Assembly (NCBI GenBank): GCA_963747235.1
Contig: CAVVEU010000024.1
Location: 416,001 to 480,000 of the forward strand
Origin: an uncultured Candidatus Rokubacteria bacterium
GTDB taxonomy: Bacteria > Methylomirabilota > Methylomirabilia > Rokubacteriales > CSP1-6
Direction of reading: 5' to 3'
Length of the DNA stretch: 64,000 bases
The position numbers were made by a program, and so were the translations under genes. Shown here piece by piece: positions 1-9,455 of the stretch (position 1 is the stretch's first letter; every line of letters starts with the position of its first letter). The notes beneath the pieces were generated by a model. The model saw only the letters and a program-made list of their open reading frames with translations, did not search any database and was not told the origin of the DNA.

Positions 1-314
1 CTCGAGGTGCTGGGCGTCGACCTGGGTCGGGTCGACCTGTTGGAAGTGAACCTCCGCGAGGGCAAGGTGACCAATCATCCGTGGGATGCGACCAGCCTCG
101 AGCGGGTCCGCGAGCACATCCGGCTCTCGGTGCGCTCCATGAAGGCCTACCTCAAGGATCCCGCGCGCAATCTCGCCGAGGAGTCGGGCTTCGAGAAGAC
201 GGAGGAGCTGCGCATCTGCCGCTGGTGCAACTTCCGGGCGGTCTGCCGCCCCGAGCTCGCGCCCTTCGTCCCTCTCCCCGGAGGGGAGAGGGTCAGGGTG
301 AGGGGGCACGGTGA
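1..314 (+). CDS. C-terminal part of a PD-(D/E)XK (RecB/Cas4-like) nuclease family protein; 5' end outside window, exact stop uncertain
   Basis: C-terminal Cys cluster ICRWCNFRAVC (CxxC-x5-C) typical of this family. The reading then enters a palindromic repeat; a TGA at 312-314 overlaps the next GTG but needs a frameshift. Confidence 0.6.
   Translation, partial: RGAGRRPGSGRPVGSEPPRGQGDQSSVGCDQPRAGPRAHPALGALHEGLPQGSRAQSRRGVGLREDGGAAHLPLVQLPGGLPPRARALRPSPRRGEGQGEGAR
271..306. repeat. REP-like palindromic element (CCCTCTCCCC-gga-GGGGAGAGGG..agggtgagggg)
   Basis: Perfect 10-bp stem; matches the right half of the doublet at 20152-20229. Confidence 0.75.
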
Positions 315-1010
315 AGGCCCTGCTGGTCGGATCTCGACGACACGCTGCTCGACTACTCGGGCGGCGTGGACGAGTGCTGGCTCCACGCCTGCGAGGCGCT
401 CGCCGGCCCCGCCGGCATCGACCCGCCCGACCTCGTGGCCGCGATCGTCGAGACGCGGCGCTGGTTCTGGAGCGACCCGGGCCGCCACCGGACGGAGCGC
501 GCCGACATGCTCCGCGCCTGGACGCGCATCACCGCGCACGCGCTCGGCCGGATGGGGCGCGCGGACGAGGCGCTGGCCGGCGGCATCGCCGCGGACTTCG
601 CCGACCGCCGCTGGGAGCGCATGACGCTCTTCCCCGGCGTCATCCCCGCGCTCGAGGCCCTGCGGGCCCGCGGCGTCCCGCTGGCCATGGTCACCAACGG
701 GGACGCCTCCCATCAGCGGCGCAAGATCGACCGACACGATCTGGAGCGCTTCTTCGACGTGATCGTCGTGGAAGGGGAGATGGGCGTCGGCAAGCCCGAG
801 GAGGTCGTCTACCGCTACGCTCTCTCCAAGCTCGGGGTGAAGGCGGAGGAGGCCTGGATGGTCGGAGACAACCTCGAATGGGACGTGCTGGCGCCGCAGC
901 GTCTCGGCCTCCGCGGCGTCTGGGTGGACGCGCCGGGCCAGGGGCTGCCCAAGTCCTGCTCGGTGGCGCCGCACCGCATCATCCGGGCCTTTCCGGAGCT
1001 GCTCGAATAG
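311..1010 (+). CDS. HAD-superfamily hydrolase (+1 frameshift near 329)
   Basis: Removing one G gives MKALLVDLDDTLLDY (motif I). Also MVTNG, GKP and MVGDNLEWDV motifs. Confidence 0.85.
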
Positions 1011-1077
1011 CTTGGGTGGAAAATTCCGGTGTGCAACACTGTGATTCCACATGGATTTTGATTGGAGGGACTCGCCA

Positions 1078-1668
1078 ATGCGCCACCGGATCTTCCTGCC
1101 GCTGCTCCTGGGCTCCGTCATCCTCTCCGCCGGCTGCGCCGCCACTCACCGCGAGTGGGAGGTCTGGCGGGCGCACCCGACGCACTACGCGACCGCCAAC
1201 CACCTGTCCTTCTCGATGGGCAACATGGTGGGCGCCGCGCCCCGGGTCACGCCGGAGATGATGGCCCAGGCCCGGAGCGAGGGCTGGTGGGGACGGAACA
1301 CCCCGTTCGTCGGCCCGCGGGCCGATGTGGCCGGGCGGTGGGAGGGCACCTGGAGCGGTTACGGCATGTCCCGCACGCTGCGGGGCGGCGTGGCGCAGGC
1401 GGTCCTGACGGTCGACGGCTCCACCGGCCAGGGCCGGCTCGTGCTCGTGGACGCGCGCATGGCCGAGGGGGTGCCGCTCTCGCTCCGCGAGAATTCCTCG
1501 TTCGGCTCGCCCATCGAGCTGTCCGTCTCGGAGACGGATATGTGGGTGAACGGCACCGAGCGCGGCCGGCCGTTCGCGGCCACGTTCACGCTGCAGGGGG
1601 ACAAGCTGGTCGGCCAGTTCCTCTACACCAGCTCGCCGGTGCGGATCGAGCTGATGCGCATGCGCTGA
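1078..1668 (+). CDS. Hypothetical lipoprotein
   Basis: GGAGG upstream; signal peptide MRHRIFLPLLLGSVILSAG-C with lipobox. Confidence 0.65.
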   Translation: MRHRIFLPLLLGSVILSAGCAATHREWEVWRAHPTHYATANHLSFSMGNMVGAAPRVTPEMMAQARSEGWWGRNTPFVGPRADVAGRWEGTWSGYGMSRTLRGGVAQAVLTVDGSTGQGRLVLVDARMAEGVPLSLRENSSFGSPIELSVSETDMWVNGTERGRPFAATFTLQGDKLVGQFLYTSSPVRIELMRMR

Positions 1669-1678
1669 GGCGACGGCC

Positions 1679-2980
1679 TCAGGGTGCGGTAGGCTGGACG
1701 ATGACGGTGCGCAGGACGCCCAGGTAGCGCTGGGCCACGCGCTGCACGTCGGCGGCGGTCACCGCGCGCACCGCCGTCACGTAGCGATCCAGGAACTCGT
1801 AGCCCACCCCGGATTCCTCGTAGGCCGCCAGGTACCACGCCTGGCGGGCGTTCGTCCGGCGGTCCATCGCCAGATTCCCCAGCACGTAGGCCCGGGCCAC
1901 CCGCAGCTCCTCGTCCGAGACGCGCTCGCGCTGCACCCGCTCGAGCTGCGCCCGCAGCGCCGCCTCCGCGCGCGCCACGTTCTCCGGCGCGGTGCCGAGC
2001 TGGGCCAGGAAGTAGCTGTTGTCCACGCGCGCCGGGTAGTGGGCCGCCGTCGTGTAGGCGAGGCCCTGCTTGTCCCGTAGCTCCGAGAAGAACCGGCCCG
2101 CCATGCCGCCGCCCAGCACGGTGGCCAGCACCTTGACCGCCGGATAGTCCGGATCCGTGAGCGCGGGCGCCAGCGCGCCCATCAGGATCTGCGCCTGCGC
2201 GCCGGGCACCACGCGCGCCTCGCGCCACGGGGCCGGCGCGGGAGGCCGCGGCGGAGCCGCCGCCGGCGCGGTCCCCGCGGGCATCGGCCCGAAGAGGCGG
2301 GTGGCCTGCGCCATCACCTCGGCCGTCTTCACGCGGCCGCTCACCGCCAGCACGAGGCCGCCCGGCACGTAGTGCCGCTTGTAGTGGGCGAGGAGCGCGT
2401 TGCGATCGAGCCGCTCGAGGCTGTCCTTGAGGCCGAGCGGATCCCAGGCGTAGGGGTGGCGGCCGAAGACGCGCGCGGTGAGCGCGTCGAGGGCCACGTC
2501 GTAGGGCTTGTCGCCTCGATTGCGGACCTGGCGGATCAGGAAATCGCGCACCGCCCCCACCACGCCGTCCGGCATGGTGGGACGGAGCGCCACGTCGGCC
2601 ACCAGCTCGAGCATCTCCACCCAGTGGCGGGAGAGCGCGGTGGCCGCGACCTCCGAGTAGTCCACGTCGCCGGTGGCCTCGATGCTGCCGCCCATCGCGT
2701 CGGCCGCCTCGACGATCTGACCGCCGTCGCGCGTGGTGGTGCCGCGGACGATCATGAGCTGGACCAGGTTGGAGATGCCCGCGTTGTCGGTGGTCTCCCA
2801 GCGCGTGCCCATGCGGACCATCAGCGAGACGCCGACGACCGGCGCGGTCGGGTTCTCGCGCACCAGCACGGTGAGGCCGTTGGGCAGCCGCGCCCGGCCG
2901 ACCGCGGGGCTCTGGGCCCCCGCGGGCGCCGCGAGCAGCGCGAGGAGGCCGGCCAGCAGGAGCGCGCGCCCGCGCATCAT
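1679..2980 (-). CDS. M16 (pitrilysin) family peptidase, non-catalytic subunit, exported
   Basis: RLPNGLTVLVRE and SELRDKQGLAY motifs; HxxEH position reads NLVQL; signal peptide; ATGA overlap with upstream gene. Confidence 0.85.
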   Translation of the reverse strand: MMRGRALLLAGLLALLAAPAGAQSPAVGRARLPNGLTVLVRENPTAPVVGVSLMVRMGTRWETTDNAGISNLVQLMIVRGTTTRDGGQIVEAADAMGGSIEATGDVDYSEVAATALSRHWVEMLELVADVALRPTMPDGVVGAVRDFLIRQVRNRGDKPYDVALDALTARVFGRHPYAWDPLGLKDSLERLDRNALLAHYKRHYVPGGLVLAVSGRVKTAEVMAQATRLFGPMPAGTAPAAAPPRPPAPAPWREARVVPGAQAQILMGALAPALTDPDYPAVKVLATVLGGGMAGRFFSELRDKQGLAYTTAAHYPARVDNSYFLAQLGTAPENVARAEAALRAQLERVQRERVSDEELRVARAYVLGNLAMDRRTNARQAWYLAAYEESGVGYEFLDRYVTAVRAVTAADVQRVAQRYLGVLRTVIVQPTAP

Positions 2981-4342
2981 CTGGTCCCCGGCTTCGGCAC
3001 GAAGGCCAGCCGCGCGTAGTCGGCGCGCGAGAGATACCGGCGCGCCGCGTCCCGGATCTGCTCGCGGGTGATGCGCCGGAGCCGGTCCACGTAGCGCAGC
3101 TCGGCGTCGAGCGTCCAGGTGGTCTCGGCGAGGCCGTAGGCATACGCCAGGCCCTCCGACGTCTCGGTGTCGAAGGCGTGCTGGGCCTCGAACTTGGTGA
3201 CCGCGAGGCGGCGCTCCTCCTCGGTGGGCCCGCTCTCCTGGATCCGCGCGATCTCCTCCAGGATGATGGCCTCCACCCGCTCCAGGTCCTTGGCCTCGAG
3301 CTCCGCCCGCAGGCTCACGATGCCGCCGCCCATGAGCGCCGAGTAGCTCATGGTCACGGTCGAGACCAGCCGCTCCTTGTCGCGCAGCCGCTGGGCCAGG
3401 CGCGAGCTCTCGGTCCCCGCGAGGATCGTGGTGAGCAGATCCACCGCGTCGCCGTTGACGTCGTCCGAGCGCGGGGCCTGCCAGCCGAGGGCCAGGTGGG
3501 CCTGCTGCTCGTCGCGCTCCACGGTCTTGCGCACCCCGCCGGCGAGCGGCGCGGGCGCGGGCGCCGGGGTCGGCTTGTAGCCGGTGGCCGGCATGCGCCC
3601 GAACGCGCGGTCCACGACGCCGCGCACCGCGACCGGATCCACCGGCCCCGCGACGACCAGCGTCATGTTCTCCGGCACGTAGTAGCGGCGGTTGAAGGCG
3701 CGCAGGCGCTCCTGGGTGGCCGCCTGCATCGTTTGTCTGGTGCCCAGGACGGGCCGTCCGTAGGGATTGCCCGCGAAGACCAGGCCGTAGAGCTGGCGCA
3801 CGATCGCCGAGCGCGGGTTGTCCTGCTCGATGCGCGCTTCCTCGAAGATGACCTCGCGCTCGCGGCCGACCTCGTCGGGGACGAAGCTGGAGCGGAACGC
3901 CATGTCGGCGAGGAGCTCGATGCCCGACGCGGTCGCGTCGCTCGGCAGCACGAGGTAGAACGAGGTGTAGTCGAACGAGGTCACCGCGTTCGAGCGGCCG
4001 CCCACGCCTTCCACCGTGCGGTCCACGTAGCCCGGGCCGAAGCGGTCCGTGCCCTTGAAGAGCATGTGCTCCTGGAAGTGGGCGTAGCCGAGCTGATCGG
4101 GCGCTCTCGTACCGCACCCCGACGCCCACGAAGAGGTAGAGGGCCACGATGTCGGAGGCGCGATGGTCCTGCACGATGAGCCGCATCCCGTTGCGCAGCA
4201 CCTGGCGCGCCGGCGGGGGCAGCTCGGCCTGGGTGGCGTCGGGAGCGGGAGACGCGGAGCGCGCGCCGGAGCCGGCGCAGGCGGAGACGAGCAGGGCGAC
4301 GGCCAGCCACGGCACCGCGCGCCGCGAAGCGGATCGGGTCAC
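2977..4342 (-). CDS. M16 family zinc peptidase, catalytic lipoprotein subunit (frameshift near 4100)
   Basis: AHFQEHMLFKG (HxxEH), NAVTSFDYT, EREVIFEE; lipobox LVSAC. Confidence 0.85.
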
Positions 4343-5739
4343 GGACGCGATTCTACTACGCCGGCGCCCTCGACGGGCCGGGTGCCCGTGTCCGGCTCGG
4401 GCCCGAAGGCCCGGATCAGCCGCTCGGTCCGGCTCGGATGCACCGAGATCTGGGTCTCCACCAGGGACGCGGGCACTCGCGAGCGGATGGCGAGCGCGCA
4501 GAGCTGGATCAGCTCCTCCGCGTCGGGCGAGACCATCTGGGCCCCGACGAGGCGCTGCGAGACCTGGTCGAAGACGAGCTTGAAGTAGCCCGCGTCCTCG
4601 CCGGTGGCGGCGCTGTTGCTGCTGCCCCGCGCGTCGTGGCGGGCCACCGCGGCGTGGATGCCGTGCGCGGGCGCCTCGCCATAGGCCACGCCCACCAGGC
4701 CGACCGCGGGGGTGGTGAAGATCACCTGGGGGATCACCGCCTCGTCGGCCCGCTCGGTGTCGCCGCGCAGGGCGTTGGTCGCGGCGATGCGCCCCTCGTG
4801 GGCGGCCACCGTGGTGAGCTGGCGGTTGCCCGCCGCGTCGCCCGCCGCGTAGATGTGCGGGACCGAGGTGGCGAGGTGGGGGGTCGTGCGCAGGCCCAGC
4901 CGGCCCATCTCGAGGCCGATGCGGGCGGCCCCGATGGTCCGCGGGTGGAAGCGGCGCCCCACCGCCGCGCACACGTGCCGGCTCGTCATCTCGTTGGCCA
5001 TCCCGGCGCTGTAGAAGGCGATGCGCACGCCGTCCGCGGTCCGGGCGAGGCCGGTCACGTCGGTCTGGAGCCGGAACGTCACCCCGCGCTCCTCCATGCG
5101 CTTGCGCAGGTTCCGGGCCATGTCCGCGTCGAGACCGGGGAGGATCTCCGCGTCGCGCGCCAGCACCGTGACGCGGGTCCCGAAGTCGTTGAAGGCCCCC
5201 GCCAGCTCGAGCGCCACCGGCCCGGCGCCGATGAAGGTGAGCGAGGCCGGGAAGTCGGGCAGGAAGAGGAGCTGGTCGGAGGTGATGAGCAGCTCGTGTC
5301 CCGGCACGTCGGGGATGACCGGCTGCGAGCCCGCCGCGATGACGAAGCGCTCGGCGCCGAACGGCTGGCCGTTCACCTCGACGATGTGCGGGTCGGTGAA
5401 GCGCGCCACGCCGATCGCCACCCGGATGCCGCGCTTCTCGAGATCGGCGGCGGCGGGGCGGTGCGCGTCCACGATCTCGTTCTGGCGATGCTGGACGGCG
5501 TCCCAGTCGAGCCGGACCGGGCCCGTGAAGGTCCCGAACCCGCCCGCCTCGCGCACCAGCCGGTGCACGCGCCCCGCGGTCACCAGCGCCTTCTTCGGAA
5601 TGCACCCGCGGTTGACGCAGAGCCCGCCGAGGGGGCCGCGGTCCGCGAGGACCACCCGCGCGCCCAGGCCCACCGCGGTCTTGGCGGCCGTGATGCCGGC
5701 GGCGCCGGCGCCGATCACGACGAGATCGAAGCGCTCCAT
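4339..5739 (-). CDS. Pyridine nucleotide-disulfide oxidoreductase (dihydrolipoamide dehydrogenase/glutathione/mercuric reductase family)
   Basis: VIGAGAAG FAD motif, GGLCVNRGCIPKK redox disulfide, IYAAGD, C-terminal HPSRTE. Confidence 0.9.
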   Translation of the reverse strand: MERFDLVVIGAGAAGITAAKTAVGLGARVVLADRGPLGGLCVNRGCIPKKALVTAGRVHRLVREAGGFGTFTGPVRLDWDAVQHRQNEIVDAHRPAAADLEKRGIRVAIGVARFTDPHIVEVNGQPFGAERFVIAAGSQPVIPDVPGHELLITSDQLLFLPDFPASLTFIGAGPVALELAGAFNDFGTRVTVLARDAEILPGLDADMARNLRKRMEERGVTFRLQTDVTGLARTADGVRIAFYSAGMANEMTSRHVCAAVGRRFHPRTIGAARIGLEMGRLGLRTTPHLATSVPHIYAAGDAAGNRQLTTVAAHEGRIAATNALRGDTERADEAVIPQVIFTTPAVGLVGVAYGEAPAHGIHAAVARHDARGSSNSAATGEDAGYFKLVFDQVSQRLVGAQMVSPDAEELIQLCALAIRSRVPASLVETQISVHPSRTERLIRAFGPEPDTGTRPVEGAGVVESRP

Positions 5740-5752
5740 CGCGCGACTCCGC

Positions 5753-6448
5753 TCAGACGGTGAGGGAGGAGCCGGTGACCGCGGCGGCCCGCTCGGAGAG
5801 CAGGAAGGCCACCACGTGGGCCACGTCCGCGGTGCTGACCCACTCCGAGCGGTCCGCGTCGGGCATGGCGCGGCGATTGCCCGGCGTGTCCATCGTGCTC
5901 GGCAGCACCGCGTTGACCGTGATCCGGTGCTTCTTCACCTCCTGGGCGAGCGCCTGGGTGAGCGTGATCACGCCCGCCTTGGACACGGTGTAGGCGATGA
6001 ACCCGCCCTGCGGCGCGAGCACCGCCCGCGAGGCGATGTTGACGACGCGGCCGCCGCCGCCCGCGATCATGACCGGCAGCACCGCGCGGCAGGCGATGAC
6101 CATGGAGGTGAGGTTGAGCGCCATCATGCGCTCCCACTCCGCCAATGGCGTTCCGAGCAGGTCGCCGCCCGCGAAGCCGCCCACCGCGTTCACGAGGCCG
6201 TCCACCCGGCCGTGCCGGTCGCGCACCACCTGGACGAACTTGCCCATCGCGTCCTCGCGCGTGACGTCGGCGGGCAGGGCGAGCAGGCGCGCGCGCAGCT
6301 CGGGGGCCAGGCGCGACTCGAGCCCCTCGAGCTCCTCGGGCACCGCGTAGGGAATGGCCACCGTCCCGCCGGCCTCGAGCAGGGTGGTGGTGATCGCCTG
6401 CCCGAGCGCGCCGGTGCCGCCGGTGACGACCGCGACCCGGCCGGTCAT
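5753..6448 (-). CDS. Short-chain dehydrogenase/reductase
   Basis: VTGGTGALG, YTVSK (YxxxK), VNAVLPS. Confidence 0.9.
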   Translation of the reverse strand: MTGRVAVVTGGTGALGQAITTTLLEAGGTVAIPYAVPEELEGLESRLAPELRARLLALPADVTREDAMGKFVQVVRDRHGRVDGLVNAVGGFAGGDLLGTPLAEWERMMALNLTSMVIACRAVLPVMIAGGGGRVVNIASRAVLAPQGGFIAYTVSKAGVITLTQALAQEVKKHRITVNAVLPSTMDTPGNRRAMPDADRSEWVSTADVAHVVAFLLSERAAAVTGSSLTV

Positions 6449-6756
6449 GGCGCGCGGCGGGCGCGGCGGCCGGCCAGGTCCTCGGCCCGCCGCGCCAGCT
6501 CGAAGTCGAGCGTGGTGATGCCGGCGGCGTCGTGGGTGGCGAGATCGATGACCACGCGGTTGTACACGTTGAACCACTCCGGATGGTGATCGAGCGCGTC
6601 CGCCTCGCGGGCCACGTCGGTCATGAAGGCGAAGGCCTGGGTGAAGTCCGCGAAGGTGAGCTCGCGGTGGAGCTTGCCGCCCTCGAGCCGCCATCCGGGC
6701 AGGGCGGCGAGGCGCTGCGTCACCTCCGCGTCGGCGAGCTTGGTGGGCCGGGCCAT
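6445..6756 (-). CDS. phhB: Pterin-4-alpha-carbinolamine dehydratase
   Basis: DHHPEWFNVYNRV..L.THDAAGIT signature. Confidence 0.9.
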   Translation of the reverse strand: MARPTKLADAEVTQRLAALPGWRLEGGKLHRELTFADFTQAFAFMTDVAREADALDHHPEWFNVYNRVVIDLATHDAAGITTLDFELARRAEDLAGRRARRAP

Positions 6757-6767
6757 GTCGAGCGCTC

Positions 6768-7676
6768 TCAGCCCGCCGCGGGCGCGCCCATGATGGCGGA
6801 GCGCTGGATGTCCTCGTAGCGCACCTTGGCGACGTCGAAGGCCTCGATGTTCTCGACGAGCTTCTTGAAGGTCTGCTCGAAGCCGGGGAGCGTCTTGCGC
6901 TGGCGCGTCAGCGGGGTGGTGCGCGCGAGGACGAAGTTCTTCACGTAGGGGTGGTTGATGCCGCGCTTCTTGATCCGCGCCACCACCGCGACGAGCGCCT
7001 CGTCGGCGTCGCGCACGAGCGCGGCCCGCTCCTCGCGCTCCTTGAGCGTCTTCGGGAAGTGGCCCTTCAGGAACTTGTCCACCCGCCGCAGGATCGGGGC
7101 GAAGGCGCCGCCCGCGAAGCGCTTGTTCTGCTCGTAGAGCAGCCCGAGCGTGATGAAGTGGGGCGCCTCGAACTGGAAGGTGTAGTCGTCCTCGCCCGAC
7201 TGCGGCTCGTCCTCGACGAGGCCGCGGTACATGCGGATCACCTCGAGGGACTTCTCCTTGAGGTTGTGGGCCTTCTCGGTGTTGAGCGCCAGGATCTGGA
7301 AGGCCACCTCGGGCTCGGGCACCAGGATGGCCGGGATGACCTTGCACTTGAGCTTGGTCAGCACCGTGCGCCGGTGGTTGCCGTTGGGCGTCCAGTAGAC
7401 CCCGGGCCGCGGCGACATCACCACCACCGGATCCACGAAGCGGTCGATCTTCTTGACGACTTCCTGCAGCCGCTTGGCGTGGGTCGGCGAGAGATCGCGC
7501 TGGTAGGGGGTGGGCTCCACCTTCTCGAGCGGCAGGAGGCAGAAGATCTGCCAGTGATCGCCCACCGGCTCGCGATAGATGGCGAGCACCGAGCCGCCGT
7601 CGCGCTCGACCTGGTCGGCCAGCGCCACCACCGCCTTGGCCGGCTCCTCGTCCGGCACCACCCGCCACTTCGCCAT
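6768..7676 (-). CDS. ParB/Sulfiredoxin N-terminal domain protein
   Basis: PTPYQRD and TPNGNHRR motifs; ALNTEK. Confidence 0.75.
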   Translation of the reverse strand: MAKWRVVPDEEPAKAVVALADQVERDGGSVLAIYREPVGDHWQIFCLLPLEKVEPTPYQRDLSPTHAKRLQEVVKKIDRFVDPVVVMSPRPGVYWTPNGNHRRTVLTKLKCKVIPAILVPEPEVAFQILALNTEKAHNLKEKSLEVIRMYRGLVEDEPQSGEDDYTFQFEAPHFITLGLLYEQNKRFAGGAFAPILRRVDKFLKGHFPKTLKEREERAALVRDADEALVAVVARIKKRGINHPYVKNFVLARTTPLTRQRKTLPGFEQTFKKLVENIEAFDVAKVRYEDIQRSAIMGAPAAG

Positions 7677-7824
7677 GCGGGGGATTATCATCTCTCGCCT
7701 CATGGGGCGCAAGCCGCGCCCACGCCGTCTGCTGCGTTCGCCGGGCGGTCAGTGTCGTGATCGTCTCCGTCAGTCGGTCGACACCGCGGCCAACGCAACC
7801 GACCGATTCTATGTCTCTGTCCGG

Positions 7825-7840
7825 TGGCCCTGAAGTTGCT
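7825..7840 (+). promoter_or_regulatory. Putative sigma54 -24/-12 promoter
   Basis: TGGCCC-tgaag-TTGCT has exact GG-N10-GC spacing just before ATG 7854; upstream inverted repeat agtcggtcg/cgaccgatt at 7772-7808. Confidence 0.5.
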
Positions 7841-7853
7841 GCGTATGCCCACC

Positions 7854-8183
7854 ATGAGATTGCTCGTCCTGACGCTCGGACTCGGCGCGAGCCTCTTGCT
7901 CTTCTGCGGGCAGGCGGACGCGCAGTACCAGTACACCGACGCCAAGGGCGTCACGAAGACCACGCAGTACAAGGTGGACGTTCCCAGGGCGCACCGTGAC
8001 GCGGCCGTCTGGATCGGGCCGACCGGCATCGGCAAACCCGGCTTGAGCGAAGAAGCGCGGCAGACGAAGCAGCGCGACGATGAGTATCGCCGCATCGGGG
8101 AAGCGACGAGCCGGCTCGTGCCCTACCAGGCGGGACCGAGATCAGGTCGATTCGACCGCGTGCCGGTCACGGCGCCGAGGTAG
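7854..8183 (+). CDS. Small secreted hypothetical protein
   Basis: Signal peptide followed by QYQYTDAKGVT (DUF4124-like start); high GC3. Confidence 0.6.
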   Translation: MRLLVLTLGLGASLLLFCGQADAQYQYTDAKGVTKTTQYKVDVPRAHRDAAVWIGPTGIGKPGLSEEARQTKQRDDEYRRIGEATSRLVPYQAGPRSGRFDRVPVTAPR

Positions 8184-8226
8184 TCCGCAGGTCCAGGCGC
8201 GATGAGGCCCGTGGTACCGTGCCCTC

Positions 8227-8937
8227 GTGGAGCCCGATGAAGACAAGCTGACCGAGCCGCGTCCCGAGCGGATCGCGAGCCGCGACATCATGCTGCTCGT
8301 GCTCACATGTGCGGCAGGCCTCGTGGACGCGATCAGCTATCTGGAGATGGGCCACGTGTTCACCGCGATGATGACCGGGAACACGGTGCTCCTGGCCCTG
8401 GCGATCGGTCAGGGCGAGGTCATGGCCGCGCTCCGGTCCACCCTCGCGCTCGTCGCCTTCAGCGTGGGCGCCGCGGGTGGCGCGATGGTCCTCCGGCGTG
8501 GGCGTGCGCGAGGGGAATGGCCGGCCATCGTGACCGCCACGCTGGCGATCGAGGCCGTGGTCCTGGCCGTCTTCGCGGCGCTCTGGCAGGTGCCGGGGGC
8601 GGCGGCCCGCTCCGACGTCCTGCTGCTCGTGCTCATCGCGCTGTCGGGGCTCGCCATGGGGATCCAGGCGGCGGCCGTCCGCCATCTGGGCGTCCCCGGC
8701 GTGGCGTCCACCTACATCACGGGCACGCTCACCAGCCTGATGGCGGAGCTCGTGACCGGCTCGGCCACGCGCCATCTGCGACTCCTGGCTTCGGTCTTCC
8801 TCGTCTATGGCGCGGGCGCCCTGATCGGCACCGTGCTCCAGGCGCGATCCTCGTCCCTGCTCGCCTGGCTACCCTTCGTCTGCGTGGCGGCGGTGGTCGT
8901 GAACGGGCTCGTGCGCCATCGGGAGCCCCGCTTCTAG
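8227..8937 (+). CDS. YoaK/DUF1275 family membrane protein
   Basis: AGLVDAISYL..GHVFTAMMTGN and MGIQ..STYITGTLT motifs. Confidence 0.9.
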   Translation: MEPDEDKLTEPRPERIASRDIMLLVLTCAAGLVDAISYLEMGHVFTAMMTGNTVLLALAIGQGEVMAALRSTLALVAFSVGAAGGAMVLRRGRARGEWPAIVTATLAIEAVVLAVFAALWQVPGAAARSDVLLLVLIALSGLAMGIQAAAVRHLGVPGVASTYITGTLTSLMAELVTGSATRHLRLLASVFLVYGAGALIGTVLQARSSSLLAWLPFVCVAAVVVNGLVRHREPRF

Positions 8938-8944
8938 CCCCAGG

Positions 8945-9455
8945 CTAGCGGGCGGGCGTGACGTCGGAGACGGTGTAGCCGCGGCGGTTCAGGCACGCCG
9001 CGAACGTCTGGAGCGCCCACTGGTCCGGCGTTTGCGCCTTCGTCCAGAAGCCGCGCGGGAACATCTGGCCGAAGAAGCTCGAGAAGATGCCCGAGGGGCC
9101 CTTCTTCTCCTTGTTCTCGGGCATCGGGGTGTTGAAGGCCTCGACGCGGCAACCCTGGAAGTCCGCCACGATCACGCCGGCGTCCCGGTTGGCGGTGGCG
9201 TAGAGCGCGCCGATGCCCGCCGGGACCCTGCGCGAGAGGGAGCGGCGCGCGGTAGCCGCGATTGACGAGGCACGCGGCCTCGGCGAGCTCGGGGGTCGTC
9301 TCGGTGTGCGCCTGCACGAAGGGGATGCACTGGGCGCGGTCCTGGGCGATCTGCGCCTCCGACTGCCCGCCGCGCACCACGAGGGCGGGGTTGCCGCCAC
9401 AGCCGGCCGCGACGATCGTGGCCAGGATGGCGGGGCCGAGCGCGCGTCGGGTCAC
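8945..9455 (-). CDS. Hypothetical lipoprotein (frameshift near 9230)
   Basis: Lipobox VAAGC; two ORF halves join; repeated ACL..RGY motifs. Confidence 0.6.

Noticed and set aside
1-314. Cas4 or CRISPR adaptation gene
   Set aside because: The Cys cluster is shared by many stand-alone PD-(D/E)XK nucleases, and no array or other cas genes are present.
1679-5605. 1308-aa ORF and similar long ORFs (40030-42489, 56733-58805, 15743-17917) as fusion proteins
   Set aside because: They are off-frame Arg/Gly/Pro-rich read-throughs in GC-rich DNA that run into a real gene only at one end.
4339-5739. Mercuric reductase MerA
   Set aside because: There is no C-terminal Cys-Cys pair, no N-terminal HMA domain and no mer genes nearby.
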